Positions 9,764 through 18,587 of a stretch of DNA of 64,000 nucleotides are shown here, piece after piece (position 1 is the stretch's first letter; every line of letters starts with the position of its first letter). The notes beneath the pieces are model-generated. The model had not been told where the DNA came from. It was given only the letters and a program-made list of their open reading frames with translations, and did no database searches. Made by a program: the position numbers and the translations under genes. The DNA is taken from positions 186,001 to 250,000 of IMG/VR virus record IMGVR_UViG_3300044797_000098. One strand, 5' to 3'.

Positions 9764-10456
9764 TTATAGCCATAAAAATTGAAGAGTTGATGATAGTGGG
9801 GTGGGCGGGGCAGTTACTATTGCCATAGCAGGGTAATTTGGTGCTGGCTGTCTTGTTGTTAATAGCCCCAATTCACTAACGAATAAATTAGCGTTAACTT
9901 GATATACCTGATTGGTTTCAAACATATTTGTTTCTGCAAGCATTCTTCCAAACCAAACTGTAACACGCTGTGATGCAAACGTGCTATCATCACCAATTAT
10001 ATTCGGTATTTGGTATGAATATCTTACATTTGTTTTTATAGCGTTAGGTATTCCCGTGCCTAATAAATCATAATTTAATACCGTTCCAGCTGGGAATACA
10101 ACAACACCGTTTCTTGGTATTAATTGAACCTCTACTGGAATAGATATAAAACTATTAGGAACAACATTGGGATTATTTAATTCCCATTTTATATCAACTG
10201 GTGTAACAATTGTATTATTTGGACCAGCTACACCGGTGGTTGGAATAACAATAGTTTCGTCCCACGCATTACTGGTGAATGCCTTTGTTTTCTGATCATC
10301 TATAATACCAATTGGCGCACTACCATTACTGACCGTGACCATAACTTGATTTCCAATTACTGTTAATTGGGCTATCATACCAGCTTCAAACTCTGATGAT
10401 TCATCGACCAACCAACTATATGGTAATTGATTACTTTCTTGAATTAATCTTAACAT
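9764..10456 (-). CDS. Second capsid decoration/cement-like protein (start reassigned to MLRLIQ)
   Basis: EFEAGMIA, PIGIIDD, SQRVTVW, GLLTT motifs parallel those of 3147..3854; AAGGA upstream of ATG at 10456. Confidence 0.55.
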   Translation of the reverse strand: MLRLIQESNQLPYSWLVDESSEFEAGMIAQLTVIGNQVMVTVSNGSAPIGIIDDQKTKAFTSNAWDETIVIPTTGVAGPNNTIVTPVDIKWELNNPNVVPNSFISIPVEVQLIPRNGVVVFPAGTVLNYDLLGTGIPNAIKTNVRYSYQIPNIIGDDSTFASQRVTVWFGRMLAETNMFETNQVYQVNANLFVSELGLLTTRQPAPNYPAMAIVTAPPTPLSSTLQFLWL

Positions 10457-10507
10457 TATATTTCCTTTCAAAAATTATATATCAACATAAAATAAAATTG
10501 TAAATAG

Positions 10508-10540
10508 CAAAAAGCGAGGAAACTCTAAAAGTCCCTCGCT
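10508..10540 (-). terminator. Probable intrinsic terminator
   Basis: Stem agcgagg(aaact)/(agtc)cctcgct followed by TTTT on the minus strand. Confidence 0.6.
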
Positions 10541-10566
10541 CTCCATATTTTTATTGTCCCTAATTA

Positions 10567-11229
10567 TTAAACTTCATCTTCAAAATCGTTATTAAATTGC
10601 TTGAACATTTCGGCATAATTTATATCATCATCTGAATGATTTCTATCGATTGATGTGTCATCAAAATTGAATGGTTCGCTTTCTTCTATATCTATATGAC
10701 AATTATCATCATCTCTATCTATATGGTATCCTGCATCTTCTTCTGTATCGAAGTGATCATTTTTATCATCTTTCATACATATCGAGCACACACAATCATC
10801 ACCATGTCGAATATCATTTACATCCATGCACATTGAGCACATGCATCCGTCTGTATGATCATTTGCATCATTATGATCTTCTGCGTTGAAAACCCAGCCC
10901 TTATGTTTTAAGTTTTCAACCATCTTTTCACCAGTTAATCCTTTTGTAGCAGGATCGCTTTTCTTTGATTTCGATGGTTTTTTCTTTGATTTACTTGGCT
11001 TGGATTTTTTCTTTGTTTTTTTACCGGCTATGATTTCTAAAAACGTTGTCAGAGCTTCTGCTTCTTTATTCATACCAAGATTATCAAAAGTTTCTGCTGC
11101 ATCATTAAGATGATCGATTGCAGTTGCTAATTTATTTAGACCTTCGGCTTTTTTCTCAATGGTATTACCAACGAGATTATTTGCCATTGATTCAGCTAAT
11201 TCTGATGATATATCTTTTTTATTGAACAT
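10567..11229 (-). CDS. Putative internal head protein (basic patch, Cys/His-Asp repeats, acidic tail)
   Basis: AAETFDNLGMNKEA motif; KKTKKKSKPSKSKKK; two H-x-D-x-C-x-C-x-x-C repeats. Confidence 0.65.
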   Translation of the reverse strand: MFNKKDISSELAESMANNLVGNTIEKKAEGLNKLATAIDHLNDAAETFDNLGMNKEAEALTTFLEIIAGKKTKKKSKPSKSKKKPSKSKKSDPATKGLTGEKMVENLKHKGWVFNAEDHNDANDHTDGCMCSMCMDVNDIRHGDDCVCSICMKDDKNDHFDTEEDAGYHIDRDDDNCHIDIEESEPFNFDDTSIDRNHSDDDINYAEMFKQFNNDFEDEV

Positions 11230-11238
11230 TTGATCCGA

Positions 11239-11787
11239 TTATTTAGAGGATTTCTTTGAGTCTTTTTTATCTTCTTTTTTAGAATCTTTTTTGTCTTTTT
11301 TACCTTTTTGCATTTCACGCATTTTCTTCATGCGCTCTTTCATATCCATTTTTTTATCAGACTTTTTCTTATCTGATTTTTTGTCGGATTTTTTATCAGA
11401 CTTTGCTTTTGATTCAACTATTAGTTTATCAGCAATTTGAGCGCTGTAGGAAGCCAGTTTATCAAAACCAAGAGTGTCAAGATCTTCTGATGCTTGTAAT
11501 AGCATAGCAATTACATCATCTTCCGATGCTTCAGATTTTTTCTCTTCATGACAATCACATTTACATTCGTGACCTTTTTTATCACCACATTCACAACATG
11601 AGGCATTTTTTGTTAGAGCGTTTTCTAACTCAACCTCAACTTCTGTTGCTTTATCGTCTTCTGATACTTTTTTGAATGCTAATTTTTCTAGCACTGATGC
11701 GGTGGAGAATAGTTGTTTATTCTCATCGCTATTCAATACTTTGTCCATATCAGCAGCAATACTATTAGATAGATTTACGTTTTTCAT
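11239..11787 (-). CDS. Putative internal head/scaffold-associated protein with Lys-rich tail
   Basis: ASEDLDTLGFDKLA motif; CCEC...CKCDC; KKSD repeats. Confidence 0.65.
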   Translation of the reverse strand: MKNVNLSNSIAADMDKVLNSDENKQLFSTASVLEKLAFKKVSEDDKATEVEVELENALTKNASCCECGDKKGHECKCDCHEEKKSEASEDDVIAMLLQASEDLDTLGFDKLASYSAQIADKLIVESKAKSDKKSDKKSDKKKSDKKMDMKERMKKMREMQKGKKDKKDSKKEDKKDSKKSSK

Positions 11788-11807
11788 TTGTTTATCCTTT
11801 TAACCGT

Positions 11808-14800
11808 TTAGTATTTTCTGCCTGAGAATGCATTTGCTAATTCATCTTGGAAACCAGATGTTGCTGTTTCTGAGGAAAACATTTCTTCTGATTGAAGACC
11901 GACGACTGGCATTGCTTGTTTCTTTAGTGATTTTGGTGCATGTTTTGCGATTACTCGTTTCATGCTTTCAAAACCTTCATCATTCCATGTCATGATTTGA
12001 TCAACTTGCCCTGCAATAGCAGCTCGTTCATCTTCACATAGACCACGACGAACCATTTCATTTGCTAGTTCATATGCACGACCTAGTTTGACTTTGTAAG
12101 CAGCAACTTCTTCTTGTGCTTTTGCTTTCATGGTTTCAGTTGTTAGGAGTTTACCGAACTCTGAACCTTCTTTGCCAGCTTGGCCGTAGTATTGTCTCCA
12201 GTATTTGACAACCTCTGAATCTAGACCTTGTGCAATTAGCGCGTCTAGATTTTCAGTTTTGACTTTACCTTCTGCAATAAGTTGATTTAGACGTTCAGCT
12301 TCTTTGCGAACTTTTGGTTCTGCACGAGCTACTTCTAGATCTGCTTTTTGTTGTTCTGGTTTAGTTTCAATTAGTCCAAGGCTATCTGATGGTTTGACAT
12401 CAAGTTGTGTCTGACCGTCGGTTAGTTTGTTCGCCTCATCAAGCATATCACTATGCTTCATGGATTCAACTGATTGAATCTCACCATCTTCTTCTTTACC
12501 AGTTGCATCAGCAGCTAGTTTTGCACGATATGCGGTTCGCCCTTCTTTTGTTGTTAAATCGAATGCCATCTTGTTCTCCACTGCTTTAGCCCCAGCTGGA
12601 ACTGCTGCTCCGGCAGGAAGGTCAACCATTGTATCATTTTGATCATCAGATTTTAGATCATCGTGTTCATCTGTTGGAAGATCAAGATCTTCTAGACCGA
12701 CATCTTTATCATCATCATAATCACCTTTATCACCGGCGCCTGGCATTTCCCAAGAATCATCACCTGGTTTTGTATGATCTAGTTTATCGGCTTGTTCGAA
12801 TGTATCGCCCATGAACGCATTAGTATCATCTGCATCGGACTTATCTTCATCCTCATCTTCTTTTTCTTCCTTTTCAGCCTCTTCTTTTTCTTCTTTTTCG
12901 GCTTTTTCTTTTGCAGCCTTTTCTTCCTTGTCTTTCTTTGCTTTTTTACGAGCATCGTTCATATCATCATCTGCGAATGAAAATAATGATGCCTGTTTAG
13001 CTTCTTCAGCTCGTTTGGCAAGACCCGCAACACCGCGAACATAAGCAGCGAATGATTTTAGAACTGTTTCTGCATCACTACATGCTTTCTTTGCGTCTTC
13101 AAAAGCATCATCAACAACCGTATCAGCATAATCTTTATTTGCTTCTGACACGTTTTCAATTATGCTTGCGATTAGTTTTAGTTCATCATGATGCTCTTTT
13201 AGTTCTGCAAGTGATTTCTTTGCACCAGAAAGGAGGGCAGCGTTTAATTCTCGACGTGATTTATACATTGGAGCAAGAAGTTCACTCGCTGCTTTTGGCA
13301 TAGCTTCGAGACCTTGTTCCATATCACCCATTTGTGATTGTTCACCTGTTAGTGAACGAATTGCTTCCAATAAATCCGAAGCCTTATCTCTTACTGATTC
13401 AGCTAGTTTCATAGCTGTATCTTTTGGATCACCTTTGCCACCTTGATCTTCTGGTTTGGCATCAGCTGGAGGAGCACCCGCAACTGCTGGTGCGCCCATA
13501 TCTGGCATTGCTGGTGTTGCACCTGCACCACCAACATCGGCTGCACCTGGCTGACCACCTGGTGCTGCTACTGCTTGACCTTTTTTGTAAATTGCAGTTG
13601 CTTGTTCGAAACCAACTGTCCTGATTTTTTCTAGCATCTTTGTTCCGAACTCTTTGGTTGCAACAACATCAAAAAGAACATCACTACGACCACCAGTGAT
13701 TTCATCAACTGATGCCGTAAATACTAGTTTTTCACCATCTTCACTCTTTGCGAATACTTGCCATGCACTATTGCCAAGATCATTTGTTCCATCTGTATTG
13801 GCAGTGCGAACAAAACGGGCTTTTAGTGATGCACGTTGTAGGAGCTTTTTACGAGCAAGCTCATCCTTTTGATCGGCTGATAGAGGTGATGGATGTAGAC
13901 CTTCAACATCACCAACACCTGGGAATGGTTTTTGACCAACCATTTGCTTATCTTCTTTTTCACGAAGTTCATATTCGAGATTATCAACTGGATATTTTTG
14001 TTTACCGGGTGTTGGTTCATTTACGCCACCACCACCATTCCAATAAGCCTCTTTTGTTTTCATTACATTCTCCTTAGCCTTTTGTAGGGCAGCATTACGT
14101 CGTTCAGCACGAGCTAACATTTTTTTGCGTTCGAGTTCATCTTTTTGATCAGCTGACTCGGGGGAAGGATGTAGACCATCAACTGCGCCAACCTCAGGGA
14201 ATGGTGGTTCGCCTTTCATATGCTTATCTTCCATACGAAGTTTTTCATTCGCTGGATCAACTGGATATTTCTTTTGACCTGGGGTTGGTTCATTGACTCC
14301 ACCAGCACCTTGAAAATAAGCTTCTTTTTTGTTCATTGCATCCTTTGACATAGTATCCTCTTTGTTAGTTAGTGTATTTAATGCGTTTTCCATATTGTTA
14401 AGTCTTCCTTCCACCGAAGACATTAAATTCTTTACCTGATCTAATAATATATTATTATTAGATGCTAGCCTTTGTGGAAAATTTAATCCAAAAGATTCTT
14501 GATTAGTTTCATCTACTGGACTTGACTCAGTTCCACAAGATTGATGATCTGTTGCGGTATTTGTGTCTGGTGCTTCCGCATACATTTTTTCGAGTTCAGC
14601 TATTTCTTTTTTTAATTTATGATATTCAGCCATTAATGCATCTATCTTAGCTTTTAGTGCTGGCTTACTAACCTCTTCACCAATCATCTGATTAATTTTA
14701 TTGGATGGATTAATTTCCTCACTAATCATCTGATTTATCTTTGCACCACTATCATCTAGTGCATTATTAATTTCTTGTGCATGAGCAAGAATGGTTCTTA

Positions 14801-15521
14801 TTTTTGCTTGTGGATCAGCACCATTGACAACAATAGATAGCTCTATTGGTTGTAAATCACAATTGATTTCACCATAACAAGACTTAGAACGCATATGCGA
14901 ACAAAAGTCATGTTCGGTTCGAGCGACGGTTCCACAATCAGTGCATATTGCACGACCAACTGCTGTGCCCATTGATACGCTTGTCTTATAGCCAGTTGAT
15001 ATACCACGAGCCAATTCAGGATATGAAACCTTATCGAGAGCACATAGACCAATTACACGCTTAAATGTTCGATCATAATAGGTATCTAAAATAACTCCAC
15101 GAATAGCATCTACCTGACTTGATTTATGATCAACACATAACGGTTTTCCAATCCATAATTTATATGCTCTTAGTAATTCTTCTTCCGGAAAGATATCACC
15201 ATTTGAATTTTTGAGGGGACGCACATGTGCATCTGAACATACCCATTTCCAGCTATCACCTTTTTTCTCCCAATGAGCTTTTACTTGCTCACCACGAGCA
15301 TTAAGTTTTGGTGTTCCATCTGGATTTACTAATGCAGCCTCTGCGCTGTGAAGCATAACTGCCGAAAAATATAGAAAGTCATTAGCCTTTGGAGCTACTC
15401 TGCGAAGCTCACCTGCAAACTTTTTAAATCTCTCATCTACTGATGGATCAGAAAATACTGATTCTTCTGATTGAATACTCGACCCATCTATCGACGCCAA
15501 CTCTCCAATTTTAGTAAACAT
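11808..15521 (-). CDS. Prohead maturation protease fused to a long scaffolding region
   Basis: N-terminal ~245 aa with NSNGDIFPEEEL, LCVDH, SVSMG, CTDCG..FCSH insert and ELSIVVNGADPQA (HK97/assemblin-like head protease); ~1000 aa of coiled-coil and acidic repeats; between portal and MCP. Confidence 0.8.
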   Translation of the reverse strand: MFTKIGELASIDGSSIQSEESVFSDPSVDERFKKFAGELRRVAPKANDFLYFSAVMLHSAEAALVNPDGTPKLNARGEQVKAHWEKKGDSWKWVCSDAHVRPLKNSNGDIFPEEELLRAYKLWIGKPLCVDHKSSQVDAIRGVILDTYYDRTFKRVIGLCALDKVSYPELARGISTGYKTSVSMGTAVGRAICTDCGTVARTEHDFCSHMRSKSCYGEINCDLQPIELSIVVNGADPQAKIRTILAHAQEINNALDDSGAKINQMISEEINPSNKINQMIGEEVSKPALKAKIDALMAEYHKLKKEIAELEKMYAEAPDTNTATDHQSCGTESSPVDETNQESFGLNFPQRLASNNNILLDQVKNLMSSVEGRLNNMENALNTLTNKEDTMSKDAMNKKEAYFQGAGGVNEPTPGQKKYPVDPANEKLRMEDKHMKGEPPFPEVGAVDGLHPSPESADQKDELERKKMLARAERRNAALQKAKENVMKTKEAYWNGGGGVNEPTPGKQKYPVDNLEYELREKEDKQMVGQKPFPGVGDVEGLHPSPLSADQKDELARKKLLQRASLKARFVRTANTDGTNDLGNSAWQVFAKSEDGEKLVFTASVDEITGGRSDVLFDVVATKEFGTKMLEKIRTVGFEQATAIYKKGQAVAAPGGQPGAADVGGAGATPAMPDMGAPAVAGAPPADAKPEDQGGKGDPKDTAMKLAESVRDKASDLLEAIRSLTGEQSQMGDMEQGLEAMPKAASELLAPMYKSRRELNAALLSGAKKSLAELKEHHDELKLIASIIENVSEANKDYADTVVDDAFEDAKKACSDAETVLKSFAAYVRGVAGLAKRAEEAKQASLFSFADDDMNDARKKAKKDKEEKAAKEKAEKEEKEEAEKEEKEDEDEDKSDADDTNAFMGDTFEQADKLDHTKPGDDSWEMPGAGDKGDYDDDKDVGLEDLDLPTDEHDDLKSDDQNDTMVDLPAGAAVPAGAKAVENKMAFDLTTKEGRTAYRAKLAADATGKEEDGEIQSVESMKHSDMLDEANKLTDGQTQLDVKPSDSLGLIETKPEQQKADLEVARAEPKVRKEAERLNQLIAEGKVKTENLDALIAQGLDSEVVKYWRQYYGQAGKEGSEFGKLLTTETMKAKAQEEVAAYKVKLGRAYELANEMVRRGLCEDERAAIAGQVDQIMTWNDEGFESMKRVIAKHAPKSLKKQAMPVVGLQSEEMFSSETATSGFQDELANAFSGRKY
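13830..14330 (-). repeat. Tandem ~92-aa intragenic duplication in the protease-scaffold
   Basis: KEAYFQGAGGVNEPTPGQKKYPVD...LHPSPESADQKDELERKKMLARA versus KEAYWNGGGGVNEPTPGKQKYPVD...LHPSPLSADQKDELARKKLLQRA. Confidence 0.95.
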
Positions 15522-15680
15522 TTATTTTTTACTTTCTTTTGAGTTATTTTTTAATACTTCTGGTTCTTCTTTTTCTGCTTCACTCAATACTTTTTTTAAT
15601 TGTTGTTTTGCATTTTTCTCATCAATATCTGATGGCTCAATAATTGATATAGGTTGTAAATCACCATTTTTTATGAACAT
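15522..15680 (-). CDS. 52-aa protein missed by the ORF track (MFIKNGDLQPISIIEPSD...)
   Basis: ATG with AGGA SD; stop abuts the protease ATG (TAAATG); upstream AATA-N6-CATA motif. Confidence 0.8.
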   Translation of the reverse strand: MFIKNGDLQPISIIEPSDIDEKNAKQQLKKVLSEAEKEEPEVLKNNSKESKK

Positions 15681-15738
15681 TTTATTCCTATGTCTAAATT
15701 AAATAACTTATTATGCGCATATTTATGCAGAATTATTC

Positions 15739-16089
15739 CTAACAAGTAACCGTTAAATAATAAATTGGCATTATTGGCGACGGATTTGTTCCCCATGGTG
15801 ATATTGGGGTAATCCATATTGGCGTTGTTGGGTAGTATGGAATTGATGGGTTTGTTGGTGCATATGGGTTCCATGGCACACATGGAATATATGTATAACC
15901 ACTTGGAGCACAATCACACTCTTTTACATCTGGCGAAAGACTTTTATTACATTTTGGACATATCCAGCCTTGTCTATTACATGAATAATAATTATTGCAT
16001 GAACATATTTTTATTACTGCGGTGCTGTTCATATTTATAGCACCAGACTGATATCCACCACACTCACAACACATTTGTGTATTATTCAT
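15739..16089 (-). CDS. Cys-rich zinc-ribbon protein with Pro-rich tail
   Basis: GWICPKCNKSLSPDVKECDC motif. Confidence 0.65.
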   Translation of the reverse strand: MNNTQMCCECGGYQSGAINMNSTAVIKICSCNNYYSCNRQGWICPKCNKSLSPDVKECDCAPSGYTYIPCVPWNPYAPTNPSIPYYPTTPIWITPISPWGTNPSPIMPIYYLTVTC

Positions 16090-16090
16090 A

Positions 16091-16711
16091 TTACTTATCC
16101 TTATTTCTTTTTTCTACTAATTCAATAGATAGTGGTATTTTTTTCTCAACTTTTTCTTGTAGTTCATCACTAACTGTATCGACCCAGCTTCTTGCCAATA
16201 TATTATTTCGTATGTGCTCTTTCATTCTATCTTCAATTATCTGTTCTATTTGTGCTAATTCTTTTTTAATATTATCTATCGCTTTTACCACCGTTGTCCC
16301 AAAATCCTTGGATTCTAAATCACTAAATAGATCAATAAATCTATTGACTTGTTTTTCTATATCTGATATGGATAAAACAAAAGACTTACTTAATTTCAAC
16401 ATTTGAGAGTCTGATGCGAATGGCTGAAACAAAACAAAACACTTAAACGCTTGACGTTTAAATATATTAAAATTATCTGCTACTTTATCTCTATATCGTC
16501 TCAACGCTGCTCTTGCAGCAAAAGTTTGTTCTGGTGTTATATTTTGATTATCTTTGAATGGGGTATAGATTAAATTTAAATGTTCTTCACATACTTTTAA
16601 TATCTTTAAAAGATGATCTAAATGTAAAATTATTTTAGTTCCTTTATCTTTTTCGGAATCTGGAACATCATATGTCAGATCTACTGCATATATTTTACGC
16701 TTATTTACCAT
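16091..16711 (-). CDS. Hypothetical helical protein
   Basis: 206-aa ORF tightly packed in the operon. Confidence 0.7.
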   Translation of the reverse strand: MVNKRKIYAVDLTYDVPDSEKDKGTKIILHLDHLLKILKVCEEHLNLIYTPFKDNQNITPEQTFAARAALRRYRDKVADNFNIFKRQAFKCFVLFQPFASDSQMLKLSKSFVLSISDIEKQVNRFIDLFSDLESKDFGTTVVKAIDNIKKELAQIEQIIEDRMKEHIRNNILARSWVDTVSDELQEKVEKKIPLSIELVEKRNKDK

Positions 16712-16721
16712 AGATTTATAC

Positions 16722-17486
16722 CTAAATAATAGTGCCCGACCCCATCATGCTGGGACCAGCACCAGATATTCCTTGTGTGTTCTGGTCGAACTGGCCCACT
16801 TGTGGAACGTCAATGTTTTCTACATTCAATGCATCGCTATCATCCAAACCAAAATCTTCTCTCGATGGATATTGATCACCAGCATTAGGATATGTATCTG
16901 CATACGGAAACTCACGAACTCTATAATCTTCGTATGGACCCCAAGATTGTTGTTCCCAAGCACCAAGACTATAATCTGCATAATCACTGGGATATTCTCT
17001 TTGATTGCTAACTATATCATATGCAAAACTCATATCTTCATCTTTGCATCCACATGATTGTGCGATTAATTTTTTATATAGTTTAATTACTTTTGGATCA
17101 ACACCCATTCCAAAACCATATTTTTTTGCTTCTTTTAACGCTTTTCCACAAGACCAATGATCATGTTCGCAACGATACATAGCAACCGCTAATCCCGTGC
17201 GGTCCTTTCCCTGCATGCATCCAACAAAAACTTTTTCACCACCAAGCAGATTTTTTATACCATAATGTAAAAACTTTATTAATGAACTTTTTTTACCTAT
17301 ATCTATTGGTATTTTTACATGTTTAATATTTAATAATTTACAAGCACGATCTATTCTCTTAGCCACCTCAGCATCTAATGAAACTATTTTTTCAATACCA
17401 TATTTTTCTTTTAAATGTAAAACATCCTGCGGAGTTAAGCTTCCACCACGATATAGGTGCTCATTCACTTTATGAAAATTAATCAT
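16722..17486 (-). CDS. Tyrosine/dual-specificity phosphatase (Siw14-like) with acidic Tyr-rich C-terminal extension
   Basis: FHKVNEHLYRGG start, YGIEKIVSLD, P-loop C-x5-R as CMQGKDRTG. Confidence 0.85.
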   Translation of the reverse strand: MINFHKVNEHLYRGGSLTPQDVLHLKEKYGIEKIVSLDAEVAKRIDRACKLLNIKHVKIPIDIGKKSSLIKFLHYGIKNLLGGEKVFVGCMQGKDRTGLAVAMYRCEHDHWSCGKALKEAKKYGFGMGVDPKVIKLYKKLIAQSCGCKDEDMSFAYDIVSNQREYPSDYADYSLGAWEQQSWGPYEDYRVREFPYADTYPNAGDQYPSREDFGLDDSDALNVENIDVPQVGQFDQNTQGISGAGPSMMGSGTII

Positions 17487-17487
17487 A

Positions 17488-18186
17488 TTATAGATGCTTT
17501 ACTATTGAATTTAATACACCTCTAATATATTGAGGTTCATGTTCTAATAATATAGTTTTCAAAAGCGTAATTGATTGCCCCATGCTGCTCGAAGGGGGAG
17601 TCTTTTTTTGTGCGATTTGATATTCATTTATATAATATATCTTTCTTTTAAGACTTTCCAATGCACGAGGTCGTCTTTCTGCTGATATCCTACGTGTTAA
17701 AAATTTAATAAGATCTGCAAGATATTTACCGGCGGTCTCCGCGTCTCCGAGATTAATTGCTGATGCAGCCTTCTCCATCAACTCATTTTCATCTCGTATA
17801 TTTTCCATAGCTTTTTCTAACGCTGCTTTTTCTGGCTCTTCGTCGCCATCTATCATTGCTTGATCGAATGCTTTTTTAAATTCTTCCTGAAAACATTTTA
17901 TTGTATCTTCATCCGAGGATTTTCGTAAATCCCGCATAATACTGGAATAACTGTCTTCTTTTGATGCTTTCTTTTTCTTGTGTGCCTTAAACCATTCAAT
18001 TTGTTTTAATCTCTTAACCGCTGACTCTTTTGTATCATAAGTTCCTAATACTTTACCTTTTTCGGATAATATAACCCACTTACCATCTCTCTTTTTAATA
18101 TATGCAGTTTTAATTAATGCATCATTGCAGAAACCAGCGAATTCTTCTGCATAATTAGCAATTTTTGACACATTATTATTTGACAT
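17488..18186 (-). CDS. Putative head-associated protein
   Basis: Compact basic domain YIKKRDGKWVILSEKGKVLGTYDTKESAVKRLKQIEWFK flanked by KTA and KKA. Confidence 0.6.
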   Translation of the reverse strand: MSNNNVSKIANYAEEFAGFCNDALIKTAYIKKRDGKWVILSEKGKVLGTYDTKESAVKRLKQIEWFKAHKKKKASKEDSYSSIMRDLRKSSDEDTIKCFQEEFKKAFDQAMIDGDEEPEKAALEKAMENIRDENELMEKAASAINLGDAETAGKYLADLIKFLTRRISAERRPRALESLKRKIYYINEYQIAQKKTPPSSSMGQSITLLKTILLEHEPQYIRGVLNSIVKHL

Positions 18187-18587
18187 TATTTACCTGCTAA
18201 AATTAGTTTTCTTATTGCCTTTGCATCATCAACGCTTAAAAATATATCACCCAGTGATCCTTTGCCATTTACCTCTGTCATCGCTCTAATTTGAAAAAGA
18301 TTTATATATACATAATTTTCTGATTTTAATTGTTTTGTCTGTGGGTCAATATAAAAACAATTAAAAATAACAAAACGATCTAATACATCCACTAACCTGC
18401 CGAATATACTACAATTTTTTGGAACTGAATAATCATCATAATTTATTGTCTCGCTCTGATCTCCGATATATATTTCTAATGTTTTTCCTTTAAATTTTGT
18501 CAATAATTCATCGGAAAACTTTCGCAGATCTCCGCTTAATACATTATATGACTCAAACGGATTTTCTATTTGCGGTGTATCGCTCAT
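18186..18587 (-). CDS. Hypothetical protein, possible Sm/Hfq-like beta barrel
   Basis: 133 aa; GKTLEIY...IFGRLVDVLDRFVIF...YVYINLFQIRAM pattern. Confidence 0.5.
   Translation of the reverse strand: MSDTPQIENPFESYNVLSGDLRKFSDELLTKFKGKTLEIYIGDQSETINYDDYSVPKNCSIFGRLVDVLDRFVIFNCFYIDPQTKQLKSENYVYINLFQIRAMTEVNGKGSLGDIFLSVDDAKAIRKLILAGK

Noticed and set aside
15671-15913. Alternative minus-strand ORF (MCSKWLY...)
   Set aside because: Out-of-frame overlap with 15739..16089, which has a recognisable CPKC motif, and it would cover the upstream element and SD of the 52-aa gene
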